NCBI GenBank assembly: GCA_024860875.1 | Contig: JACPSZ010000015.1 | Coordinates: forward strand, 142,650 to 174,649 | DNA: 32,000 nt | Direction of reading: 5' to 3' | Source: Nitrososphaerota archaeon | GTDB lineage: Archaea > Thermoproteota > Nitrososphaeria > Nitrososphaerales > UBA57 | Part shown: positions 6,600 to 15,690 of the stretch, piece by piece | Layout: each line of letters opens with the position of its first letter | Numbering within the stretch: the stretch's first letter is position 1 | The notes under the pieces: generated by a model | Database searches by the model: none | The model's input: the letters and a program-made list of their open reading frames with translations, nothing else | Told to the model about the DNA's origin: nothing | Program-made: the position numbers and the translations under genes

Positions 6600-6965
6600 A
6601 TGACAACCAGTAAGAAGTCTGAGAGGGAATTAGCTAGTAAAATACTGTCTAAAGTTCTACGTGATAAGGGATTCCACTTTCATACAGGTATGGGAGCGTA
6701 CACAGGCATCTACGCCACAAGTCTAGAGCAGTTCTCTCAGCTCTTGGAAAAGGTGGACTTAAAATCAATAGAGTTTCATATGGGGAGAACAGACTTCGAA
6801 AACTGGGTACGATCATTGGGAGATCAGGTGCTGGCATTGCAGTTAGCAAAGCTGAAGAAGAAGAACCCCTCTGGTGAAAACCTTAGGAGAGAGGTTCTGG
6901 CGATTGTGAAGAAAAGGTTGGACGACCTCAAGCGTGACCTGCAACACGGAAGTGGAAAGTCCTAG
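6600..6965 (+). CDS. Small conserved-looking hypothetical protein (121 aa) at the head of the glucan cluster
   Basis: Clean ORF (…KGFHFHTGMGAYTGIYATSLEQFSQLLEKVDLKSIEFHMGRTDFENWVRSLGDQVLALQL…). I recall, without being able to verify it, similar roughly 120-aa DUF-type proteins next to GH57/GT4 genes (DUF5752-like). Confidence 0.7.
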   Translation: MTTSKKSERELASKILSKVLRDKGFHFHTGMGAYTGIYATSLEQFSQLLEKVDLKSIEFHMGRTDFENWVRSLGDQVLALQLAKLKKKNPSGENLRREVLAIVKKRLDDLKRDLQHGSGKS

Positions 6966-7100
6966 GTAGGTATCTATATGTACAATTACTCACCAAGTTT
7001 AGCGGTTTCATAGACCTCCTGAGAGCAATACTCTTTGGGAGCTAAACAGTTAAAGATGCCATAGACCTGCTATCAGTCGCTGTCTCGTGATGGGAAAAAC

Positions 7101-7856
7101 ATGCGACTGAACTTATACGATTGGCCACAGATAGAATTCGACAAGGATGAGAAGCTTCTCTACGTAGAGAACAGGTTATTGAAACCTAATATTCGTTTCC
7201 TTCGGGAGCTCAAGGAGGTATTATACGACAGAAATTTAGTGAGCGATGGTAATCTTAGCCTTCCGCTCTATTATATGTACCGAGATGTAAGGAGTGAAGC
7301 CGATTCGGAAATATTTAATGCAGCTCAGCTTAGATTCGACATTACCATCATGGAACCAATTAAACTTGGAGTCGAACGTAACAAAACGTTGGGCCATTAT
7401 CACAAGATAGGCTCAGATGGTTTCTCTTATCCTGAGCTCTATGAAGTCATACAGGGAGAGGCTGATTACATCTTACAGCAAGTTAAGTACGGGCGAGTGA
7501 CTGATGTTGTCCTAGTGAAGGCAAAAGAGGGTGATATAATGTATATTCCTTCAGGTTATTGGCATGTGACAACCAATGCAGGTAACAGGTTATTGGTTAT
7601 GTCTAACCTTGTATCAAGACATGTAGAAGGGGAATACGAGCCTGTCAAGAAATATGGAGGACTTGCTTACTTCGAATTGGTAGATGGGAGTTTAGTCGCA
7701 AACAAGAAATTCGGAAATGTACCGCCTATCAGACGTATGAGTGCGCGAGAAACCTTTGAAAGATTCTCTGGGGGAAGACTGTATTCTCAATTTGTCAAAG
7801 ATCACACAAAATTTCAATTCCTAGGAAAGACCAGTTCAAAAGTCTGGCAAGCATAA
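7101..7856 (+). CDS. Cupin-type glucose-6-phosphate isomerase (cPGI) family protein
   Basis: The sequence aligns by eye to Pyrococcus-type cupin PGI. LRFDITIMEPIKLGVERNKTLGHYH matches LNFATTVLYPGKVGKEFFFTKGHFH. PELYEVIQGEA matches AEVYVALKGKG. MYIPSGYWHVTTNAGN matches VYVPPYWAHRTVNIGD. An N-terminal extension of roughly 60 aa is present. Confidence 0.7.
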   Translation: MRLNLYDWPQIEFDKDEKLLYVENRLLKPNIRFLRELKEVLYDRNLVSDGNLSLPLYYMYRDVRSEADSEIFNAAQLRFDITIMEPIKLGVERNKTLGHYHKIGSDGFSYPELYEVIQGEADYILQQVKYGRVTDVVLVKAKEGDIMYIPSGYWHVTTNAGNRLLVMSNLVSRHVEGEYEPVKKYGGLAYFELVDGSLVANKKFGNVPPIRRMSARETFERFSGGRLYSQFVKDHTKFQFLGKTSSKVWQA

Positions 7857-7882
7857 TATCCAAATATGCACTGATAATTCCG

Positions 7883-9217
7883 CTACTCTATTATCTGATT
7901 GCCTATTCTCTGTCCATTTGGTATGACCTTGTGAGGATAGACTTTGGTTTCCGTCAGAACGCAACCTTCACCTATCACGACATCATCTCCAATGACGCTA
8001 ACACCGAGGATCCAAGTGGGCTGCAACTTTGATGACTTCACGTTGACGTGCCTACCTATAATGCTGTCTTGAATGGTTGTTCCATCTCCGATCAAGACTC
8101 GATCCAGAATTGCAGATCTTTCTATTATGGCATTGCCCCCTATGATGCAGAAGTTATCAACACAGGAGTCTCTGATAATAGTCCCCTCTCCTATCTGGCA
8201 GTGCCTTCCTATAAGGACGGAGCCCTCAAGCTTTATCTTACCCTCCCTAACTTTTCTGATGATTTGATCCTTTCTCCCTAACGATTCTGAACTTTGACCC
8301 TGAATCCAAGCGTTGCCTACATTTGGAATTATGAAAGGAGGCTCACCATAATAGAAGAACTTTTTAGATGCGGAGGAAGTTCTCCTGAACATAAGGGGTT
8401 CCCCAACATAAGATAAGTTCGATCCGCTTTTTAGAATCCTGATCATAGTATCTAGGTAGCTCTTGGGCGTTCCCACATCATACCAAACTCCTTCCAGAAG
8501 ATAGCCATAAACAGGATATCCTTCCTGAACGAGAAACGGTATGAAATCCATTCCGAAATCTAGGCGCTTATTTGCGTGAATCATTCTTTGAACCTGTGGA
8601 TGGTTAAAAAGCTCTCTAACCTTGGGGGACAGGACATACATCCCTGTGTTAGCCAGTCTAGACGGAGCTTCCTCTTTCTTAGGTTTCTCTACAAACCCCT
8701 TGATTCGATTGTCGCTACTAATGTCAGCTACGCCATACCTCTCAACATCGTCCACATAAGTAAGGACGATCGTCATGACAGCGTTTTTCTCCTCATGAAA
8801 GGTTAAGAGGTTTGATAATTCCATTTCAAATGGGTTATCACCCTGAACCACCATTACGTGGCTGTTGATGTCATAATATTCCATGTTGATTCTGATTGAA
8901 TCCGCGCTGCCAACATCGTCTATGTGAGGTTGATACTTGACATGAACGCGTGGTGAAATACCATATCGAGCAGAAAATCCAATACCATCCTCGAAGTAAG
9001 CAAAGAGACCTCTATAATTGTAGTAACCCATTATGCCAAAAATGAAGTTTTTTACACCTTGAAGTCCAAGCTCAGCCATCGCGTACTCAACTAGGGGCCT
9101 GTTAAGTATGCGAATAACTGCTTTGGAAGTCTCTGCAGTAAGAGGTTTCATTCGCTTGGCTTCGCCTCCGACCGGAATGATAACCCATAGATTCGCAGGG
9201 TCCACTTTGCTCACCAA
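7883..9217 (-). CDS. Sugar-1-phosphate nucleotidyltransferase (probable glucose-1-phosphate adenylyl/uridylyltransferase) with a C-terminal left-handed beta-helix
   Basis: The N-terminal signature is IIPVGGEAKRMKPLT (G-G-x-x-x-R-x-x-P-L-T). C-terminal hexapeptide repeats are present (IIGGNAIIERSAILDRVLIGDGTTIQDSIIGRHVNV). The start is TTG. Confidence 0.85.
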   Translation of the reverse strand: MVSKVDPANLWVIIPVGGEAKRMKPLTAETSKAVIRILNRPLVEYAMAELGLQGVKNFIFGIMGYYNYRGLFAYFEDGIGFSARYGISPRVHVKYQPHIDDVGSADSIRINMEYYDINSHVMVVQGDNPFEMELSNLLTFHEEKNAVMTIVLTYVDDVERYGVADISSDNRIKGFVEKPKKEEAPSRLANTGMYVLSPKVRELFNHPQVQRMIHANKRLDFGMDFIPFLVQEGYPVYGYLLEGVWYDVGTPKSYLDTMIRILKSGSNLSYVGEPLMFRRTSSASKKFFYYGEPPFIIPNVGNAWIQGQSSESLGRKDQIIRKVREGKIKLEGSVLIGRHCQIGEGTIIRDSCVDNFCIIGGNAIIERSAILDRVLIGDGTTIQDSIIGRHVNVKSSKLQPTWILGVSVIGDDVVIGEGCVLTETKVYPHKVIPNGQRIGNQIIE

Positions 9218-9339
9218 AATGGTTCGTATGCCAATGTTTATACTTTGGCAAGAGAGAAGAAATTCTGAAGATAGTTAGGAAAGCTTAAAACTGATCTAGA
9301 TAAGAAGAATAAGGCATTCGTATTCTTTTTCAACAATGA

Positions 9340-11571
9340 GTGAATGGGATGGTAAGCGTGTTTGCAGCTAGTGTCACCGGAAAGGAGGTCGGGCGAACTG
9401 TTAACTTTGAAGAGCACGATCCGGCTAGTATCTTAGGCCCGCACATGATCAATATGGCGGGGAAGCAGGTTCTTGCAATTCGTGCTTTTTTGCCCCGAGC
9501 CGCTAAGGCATGGGTCCATTTACCTGACCAAGACAGAAAGATGGAAATGACGCGTATACATTCGGCAGGATTTTTTGAGGCTCAGCTTACGGATCAGAAG
9601 ATACCTATCTCTTACCGCGTAGTCTTCGCAGATGGTTCAGGTTATGTAGAAGAGAGAGAAGACCCGTATTCTTATGCTTCTGCATTAAGTGACTTCGATC
9701 TATATCTTATAGGGGAAGGAACACATTTGAGAAGCTACGGAAAGCTAGGAGCAAATCTAGTCAATCGTGATGGTGTGGAGGGAGTTCATTTTGCAGTTTG
9801 GGCCCCTAACGCAAGAAGTGTCTGCGTGGTCGGAAATTTTAATCATTGGAAAATAGGTGCACATCCAATGATTGTCCGTGGCACCTCTGGTATTTGGGAG
9901 CTCTTCCTGCCTAGAGTTGGCGAAGGAGAAGTTTACAAGTTTGGGATCAAGTCAAGCTCTCTGGGTGAGATCTTCTTAAAGACTGATCCGTATGCTTTCC
10001 AGACGGAATTGAGGCCGCATACGGGCGCGGTTGTATGTAACCTAAATTCGTACAAATGGGGCGATGATGAATGGATGGTCAGGAGAGGCAGAGAGAGTCC
10101 GTTTGACAAACCAATTTCGATTTATGAAGTCCATCTAGGATCTTGGAAGAGGAAATTAGCAAATAATCCGAATGAATTTCTGAGTTACCATGAGCTAGCT
10201 GATGAGCTCATCCGTTATGTAAAAGAAATGGGTTTTACTCACATGGAACTTATGCCTGTAATGGAACATCCGCTTGACGATTCTTGGGGGTATCAAGTTG
10301 TAAACTACTTTGCTCCCACCTCGCGCTACGGTAGACCACAGGATCTCATGTATTTGATTGATAAATGCCACCAGAACGGAATTGGTGTCATTTTGGACTG
10401 GGTGCCTGCACACTTTCCAAAGGATGAATACGGGCTTGCAGATTTTGATGGTACTCCGCTTTACAACCACGCGGATCCAAGGATCGGAGAGCATCGGGAG
10501 TGGGGTACATTGGCCTTTAACTATTCGCGAAACGAAGTACGGGCCTTCCTGGTTTCGAATGCTCTGTTCTGGCTAGAGAAGTATCACGCTGATGGACTTC
10601 GGATAGACGCTGTTGCATCAATGTTGTATCTTGACTATGGAAGGAGAGATGGAGAGTGGATACCAAATAAGAATGGGGGCAAGGAGAACCTGGAAGCAAT
10701 AAAATTTCTAAAATACCTCAACGACACCGTTCACTCACAATATCCGAATGTACTTGTCATAGCGGAAGAATCTACTGCTTGGCCTGGAGTCTCTCGACCT
10801 ACCAAGGCTGGAGGGCTAGGGTTCGATCTTAAATGGAATATGGGATGGATGCATGATACACTGGAATACTTTTCAAAAGATCCAATTTACAGAAAGCATC
10901 ATCACAGCGAACTGACCTTTAGCATGATGTACGCTTACACCGAGAACTTTATTCTGGTTTTTTCCCATGACGAAGTTGTTTATGGCAAAAGGTCGATACT
11001 TAACAAAATGCCAGGGGACTATTGGCAGAAGTTTGCCAACTCAAGGCTCTGCTATGGCTATATGTTCGCTCATCCTGGGAAGAAGCTCCTATTCATGGGC
11101 AATGATTTTGGGCAATGGGACGAGTGGAACTTCAGGCAGAGTCTGGATTGGCATTTATTAGAGCAACCAATGCACAGGCAGCTTCAGGAGTACCTTAAGC
11201 ATGTAAACCAGCTTCATAGGCAGTATGACGCATTGCACCAGTTTGATTTTTCCTATGAAGGTTTTGAATGGATAGATTTTAGTGATTGGGAGCAGAGCGT
11301 TATTTGTTTCTTAAGAAAAGGGAGAAAAAGCGAAGATTTGCTTCTTGTCGTTTGCAACTTTACACCGGTGCCAAGAATGAACTACAGAGTGGGTGTCCCA
11401 AGAGGTGGTATTTGGACGGAAATTCTAAATAGCGATGCAAAGGAGTACGGAGGAAGTGGTGTGAGGAATTTAGGCAAAATTCGAACCGAACCAATCCCAT
11501 TCCACGGTCGCAATAATTCGATCTCGTTGACTCTTCCACCCTTGGGCGTAATTTTTCTGGCAAACGAGTAA
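9340..11571 (+). CDS. glgB: 1,4-alpha-glucan branching enzyme, GH13
   Basis: The four GH13 conserved regions are present: GVILDWVPAHF, GLRIDAVASMLY, VIAEESTAWPGV and VFSHDEVVYGK. The N-terminal CBM48-like segment is VHFAVWAPNARSVCVVGNFNHW. The start is GTG at 9340 or ATG at 9349. Confidence 0.95.
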   Translation: MNGMVSVFAASVTGKEVGRTVNFEEHDPASILGPHMINMAGKQVLAIRAFLPRAAKAWVHLPDQDRKMEMTRIHSAGFFEAQLTDQKIPISYRVVFADGSGYVEEREDPYSYASALSDFDLYLIGEGTHLRSYGKLGANLVNRDGVEGVHFAVWAPNARSVCVVGNFNHWKIGAHPMIVRGTSGIWELFLPRVGEGEVYKFGIKSSSLGEIFLKTDPYAFQTELRPHTGAVVCNLNSYKWGDDEWMVRRGRESPFDKPISIYEVHLGSWKRKLANNPNEFLSYHELADELIRYVKEMGFTHMELMPVMEHPLDDSWGYQVVNYFAPTSRYGRPQDLMYLIDKCHQNGIGVILDWVPAHFPKDEYGLADFDGTPLYNHADPRIGEHREWGTLAFNYSRNEVRAFLVSNALFWLEKYHADGLRIDAVASMLYLDYGRRDGEWIPNKNGGKENLEAIKFLKYLNDTVHSQYPNVLVIAEESTAWPGVSRPTKAGGLGFDLKWNMGWMHDTLEYFSKDPIYRKHHHSELTFSMMYAYTENFILVFSHDEVVYGKRSILNKMPGDYWQKFANSRLCYGYMFAHPGKKLLFMGNDFGQWDEWNFRQSLDWHLLEQPMHRQLQEYLKHVNQLHRQYDALHQFDFSYEGFEWIDFSDWEQSVICFLRKGRKSEDLLLVVCNFTPVPRMNYRVGVPRGGIWTEILNSDAKEYGGSGVRNLGKIRTEPIPFHGRNNSISLTLPPLGVIFLANE

Positions 11572-11601
11572 GTACAATGAATTAGGAGCAGTACAAGGCT
11601 T

Positions 11602-13512
11602 ATGGATAGATTCATCTGCATTCACGCGCATTTTTACCAGCCCTCCAGAGAGAACCCTTGGCTCGAAGAGGTCGAATTTCAGGAAAGCGCACAGCCTTAC
11701 CATGATTGGAATCAGAGAATAACTGCTGAGTGCTATGCCCCAAATCTTGCTGCTCCATTGTCTGACTCGGAAGGTAGGATGACAGAGATTGTCTGTAATT
11801 ACGAAAAAATAAGTTTCGACTTTGGTCCAACGCTTCTTGCTTGGATGGAACTTTGCCAACCTGATTTCTACAAAGGTATTATCGAGGCTGATAAGATGAG
11901 TGCCGAAAGATTCTCTGGACATGGCTCAGCTATCGCGCAGATTTACAATCATGTGATAATGCCGCTTACCAATGAAAGGGACAAATATACTCAGGTCAGA
12001 TGGGGAATAGCAGACTTCAAGAACAGATTCAAACGATACCCTGAAGGCATGTGGCTCTCAGAAACAGCTGTAGACATTGAAACGCTTGAAATTCTTGCAG
12101 AACATGACATCAAATTTACTATTTTAGCACCACACCAAGCGGGTGCTTTCAGGAGAATCGGGGATGAGAATTGGATGAAGGTTGATGAAGGAAGAATTGA
12201 TACGCGGAGAGCCTATGTATGTCAGCTTCCTTCAGGCAGGAAACTGAATATCTTCTTCTACGATCCTGACATTTCGCATGGTGTAGCCTTTGGCGCCCTC
12301 CTGCGGGATGGAGAAACATTTGCCAGAAGACTTGCATCAGCATCTAGTGAGCAAGCTAATGCCTCGGAACTGGTTAATCTTGCGACAGATGGGGAGACTT
12401 ATGGGCACCATCACAAGTTTGGTGATATGGCTTTGGCATCCTGCATCCGTTTTCTGGAAACTCGGGGTTTGGCTAGCTTAACAAATTATGGAAGGTTTCT
12501 CGAGAAATTTCAACCTACTTACGAAGTCACGATAATCGAAAATACATCTTGGAGCTGTGTGCATGGCATCGACCGATGGAGGAGTGATTGTGGCTGCAAT
12601 CTAGGAAGACAAGGATGGAACCAAAAATGGCGCCAACCTTTGAGGGAGGCCATGGACTGGCTGACAGATAGACTGGCTCAGATTTATCAAGAAGAATCCT
12701 CGAAATATCTTAAGGATCCTTGGACGACAAGGGACGAATATATTCAAGTGATTTTGGACAGATCGAAGCTAAGAGTCGAGCGATTTCTTGGAAAACATTC
12801 GGGTAAAGAATTATCTACAAACGAGAAGGCTATCATCCTCAAACTTCTTGAAATGCAGCGACATTCGTTGCTAATGCAGGCTAGCTGCGGGTGGTTCTTC
12901 GACGACATATCAGGAATCGAGCCGATCCAAATTATGCGACATGCGGCAAGGGCGATGCAGATTGCTGTAGAAGTGTCCGGAATAGATCTGGAGCGAGAAT
13001 ACAAACAAATTCTTGCCAAAGCCACAAGCAATGTTTCAGAATTTCAGAACGGGGCAAAGATATTTGATGAGTTCGTAAAGACGGCCAGCGTTTCTCTACT
13101 AAAGATTGGCCTCCATTACGCTATCTCCTCCATCTTTGATGGATCTTCGACAAAACCTTCCAGAATATACAGTTACCGCGTTGAAAATGAATTTTATGAA
13201 ACCTTTCAATTAGGTGGGATCACGCTAGCAATAGGAAAGGCAAAGATCTCTTCCGAAATTACATGGGAGGAGCAAGAGGTTACCTTTGCTGTTCTCCGGG
13301 AGGGAGATCGTAAAGTGCGTGCCGGTGTGAATTTGCTAAGAGAGGACAACTTATTCTTTGCAATGTATGAAGAGTTCCGATCAGCTCTGCAAAAGGGAAG
13401 TATATCAGAAATAATCACTCTCATTACAAAGCACTTTGGGAATAACATCTATTCTCTACATGACATCTTGAAGGATGAGACGGTCAAAATGATGAACAAA
13501 AAAGCCCAATGA
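11602..13512 (+). CDS. GH57 family glycoside hydrolase (alpha-amylase / glucan-processing type with a long C-terminal domain)
   Basis: GH57 motifs are present: HAHFYQPSRENPW, WLSETAVD (nucleophile Glu region) and ATDGETYGHH (acid/base Asp region). It lies 30 nt downstream of glgB. Confidence 0.9.
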   Translation: MDRFICIHAHFYQPSRENPWLEEVEFQESAQPYHDWNQRITAECYAPNLAAPLSDSEGRMTEIVCNYEKISFDFGPTLLAWMELCQPDFYKGIIEADKMSAERFSGHGSAIAQIYNHVIMPLTNERDKYTQVRWGIADFKNRFKRYPEGMWLSETAVDIETLEILAEHDIKFTILAPHQAGAFRRIGDENWMKVDEGRIDTRRAYVCQLPSGRKLNIFFYDPDISHGVAFGALLRDGETFARRLASASSEQANASELVNLATDGETYGHHHKFGDMALASCIRFLETRGLASLTNYGRFLEKFQPTYEVTIIENTSWSCVHGIDRWRSDCGCNLGRQGWNQKWRQPLREAMDWLTDRLAQIYQEESSKYLKDPWTTRDEYIQVILDRSKLRVERFLGKHSGKELSTNEKAIILKLLEMQRHSLLMQASCGWFFDDISGIEPIQIMRHAARAMQIAVEVSGIDLEREYKQILAKATSNVSEFQNGAKIFDEFVKTASVSLLKIGLHYAISSIFDGSSTKPSRIYSYRVENEFYETFQLGGITLAIGKAKISSEITWEEQEVTFAVLREGDRKVRAGVNLLREDNLFFAMYEEFRSALQKGSISEIITLITKHFGNNIYSLHDILKDETVKMMNKKAQ

Positions 13513-13529
13513 TATTGGTGAAAATCTAA

Positions 13530-15029
13530 ATGCCTAGAAGAAAGAGGTCAAGCGGAGTTCTTCTACATGTGACTTCGTTACCCTCAAGATTTGGTGTTGG
13601 CGATCTTGGTCCGCAGGCGTACGAATTTGTGGACCGACTTGCAGATAGTGGCCAGACCTATTGGCAGATATTGCCTCTTACTCCGACAGATGTGCGCTCA
13701 GGTAATTCACCTTACGATTCAAACTCTTCGTTCGCGGGAAATTCCCTGCTGGTCAGTCCTGAATTGCTCGCCAAGGAGAGCATTATAGATACAGACTTGG
13801 TTGAAAAACTGTCTCATCCTACTGCTTCACGGGTCAACTACAGAGCAGCTGCAGCTTTGAAACAGAAATTGATAGAAAAGAGTTACACCAAATTCAAACG
13901 TAATAAGGCCAATATCTTTGAATTTGAGGATTTTTGTTCCGAGAACACTTACTGGCTGGATGATTATTCGCTCTATAAAGCGATTAGTAGAGAAATTGGA
14001 GTTCCATGGTACCTCTGGCCCTCGAGTTTGCGCGACAGAGAAGATCAAGCATTGGCGGATAAGAGGCAAAGTTTTTCCGACCTGATAGAGTTTGAAAAGT
14101 TCAACCAGTTCGTCTTCTTCAAGCAATGGAGCTTATTGCGAGCATATTGTAGGACGAAGGGATTGAAAATTATTGGCGATCTACCTTTCTATGTAAATCA
14201 TGACAGTGCTGATATCTGGATTAACTCTGAAATGTTCAAGCTAGACGCTAATAAGAAACCAATGTTTGTAGGTGGGGTTCCTCCAGATTATTTCAGTGCT
14301 ACTGGCCAACTTTGGGGAAACCCTGTTTATGATTGGACACAACTTTCAACGATGGACTTTGAATTGCTATTCCAGCGTATGGAACGCTATCTAAGGCTCT
14401 ACGATATTGTGCGTTTGGATCATTTTAGGGGCTTTCTTGCCTACTGGGAGGTTCCTGCGCACAATAAGACCGCCGTGAATGGAAAATGGCTCGAAACTCC
14501 ATCGAAAGAGTTCTTTGAAGCTCTGCAAAAACGATTTCCGACTCTGCCATTCATAGCGGAGGATTTGGGTGTCATAACACCAGATGTAAGGGAAGTGATG
14601 AATAGGCTCGAGATCCCGGGTATGCAGGTCCTGTTGTTTGCTTTTAGCGGCTCAACGGATAATTACTACCTGCCACATAACTACAAGCAAAATTCAGTTG
14701 TTTACACTGGTACGCATGATACAAACACAGCGAAAGGATGGTTCTTAAATGAAGCAACCCCTTCTGAGAAAAACACGCTATTCAGATATGTAGACAAGGA
14801 ACTATCTGAAAAAGAGGTTAGTTGGGCAATGATCAAACTGGCTATGACGTCATTGTCAGATACGTGTATTATTCCTATGCAAGACGTGTTATCACTAGGA
14901 GCTGGAGCAAGGATGAATAACCCGGCTAAACCCGAGAACAATTGGGAATGGAAGTTAACCACTAAGCAATTAACCCCTGATAATTTCACTAAACTCGCGG
15001 AATTGACAGAGGCATCATCGCGGACCTAA
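13530..15029 (+). CDS. malQ: 4-alpha-glucanotransferase (amylomaltase), GH77
   Basis: GH77 motifs are present: SGVLLHVTSLPS..FGVGDLG, YWQILPL, RLDHFRGF, IAEDLGVITPDV and YTGTHDTNT. It lies 17 nt downstream of the GH57 gene. Confidence 0.95.
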   Translation: MPRRKRSSGVLLHVTSLPSRFGVGDLGPQAYEFVDRLADSGQTYWQILPLTPTDVRSGNSPYDSNSSFAGNSLLVSPELLAKESIIDTDLVEKLSHPTASRVNYRAAAALKQKLIEKSYTKFKRNKANIFEFEDFCSENTYWLDDYSLYKAISREIGVPWYLWPSSLRDREDQALADKRQSFSDLIEFEKFNQFVFFKQWSLLRAYCRTKGLKIIGDLPFYVNHDSADIWINSEMFKLDANKKPMFVGGVPPDYFSATGQLWGNPVYDWTQLSTMDFELLFQRMERYLRLYDIVRLDHFRGFLAYWEVPAHNKTAVNGKWLETPSKEFFEALQKRFPTLPFIAEDLGVITPDVREVMNRLEIPGMQVLLFAFSGSTDNYYLPHNYKQNSVVYTGTHDTNTAKGWFLNEATPSEKNTLFRYVDKELSEKEVSWAMIKLAMTSLSDTCIIPMQDVLSLGAGARMNNPAKPENNWEWKLTTKQLTPDNFTKLAELTEASSRT

Positions 15030-15035
15030 GTCGTC

Positions 15036-15095
15036 ATTTGCGGACTTGCTTGTAAGCAAAAGACAAAGCTACTGGCAGATACTCCCTCTTGCGCC
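15036..15095 (+). pseudogene. Degenerate duplicate of the malQ 5' region (codons ~32-51), immediately after the malQ stop
   Basis: An ungapped alignment by eye of 15036-15095 against 13625-13684 gives 41 of 60 identical positions. Translation gives SFADLLVSKRQSYWQILPLAP against EFVDRLADSGQTYWQILPLTP. No similarity is evident further downstream. Confidence 0.5.
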
Positions 15096-15690
15096 CATAA
15101 ACACTGCAATGAACGCATTACTAAATTATTTTTGGGATTACTATGAATTATCTTTGCAGGCCCTGACCCCGTTTCTCCCACGGGTGAAGATAGAGGGGGT
15201 TCTAGGAGAATATTATTACGCGATGAGCCCGCACACGGAAAGTGGTACTGTTCTTAGCAAGACGATAGGGAGAGCATCATCACGCCACCTGACTGTGTGA
15301 TTGGTTTGAGCTCACAAGCTTGCCCCTCACAAAGAATCCTCACTAAGACTCTTTCCTCGCAGTGCTACTACATGGAACATCGTCAGCGTCAATCTGCTAA
15401 TTGTGAATGCCTGTGCCACCCGGAGCCTAGAATAACCGTTATCTCCACTGAAACCAAAATAGGATCGATACTTGGCGGAGCAGCTAATGAACAAAGAATT
15501 CGTGATGCCCTTGGCTATGTCAGCACTGCATATCGACGAGTTACACAAGAGGCAGATTCTCTCTTCTCTCGACGCGTGTCCCTTTCAATATGCAAATCTA
15601 CAGCCGATCCTCATATCGTATGAAAGGCATCTTGAAGTCGTCTGAGCCTTCGAAACAGGGAGGAGAGCTAGAATTCGTAAACCGGTCGAA

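Noticed and set aside
8048-8806. Plus-strand ORFs (8048-8281, 8073-8267, 8576-8806) inside the nucleotidyltransferase gene
   Set aside because: They are antisense to a strongly supported CDS with clear family motifs. They are short, have odd composition and show no motifs.
10195-11922. Multiple short ORFs on both strands within glgB and the start of the GH57 gene (for example 10195-10494, 10358-10576, 11470-11922)
   Set aside because: They lie entirely inside or antisense to GlgB/GH57 coding sequence. Their products are low-complexity and unlike real proteins.
15046-15623. ORFs 15046-15300, 15297-15623 (+) and 15327-15548 (-) in the gap downstream of malQ
   Set aside because: Apart from the first 20 codons or so (the malQ-like scar) the products have no motifs and mutually overlap. 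I treat the region as decayed or non-coding.
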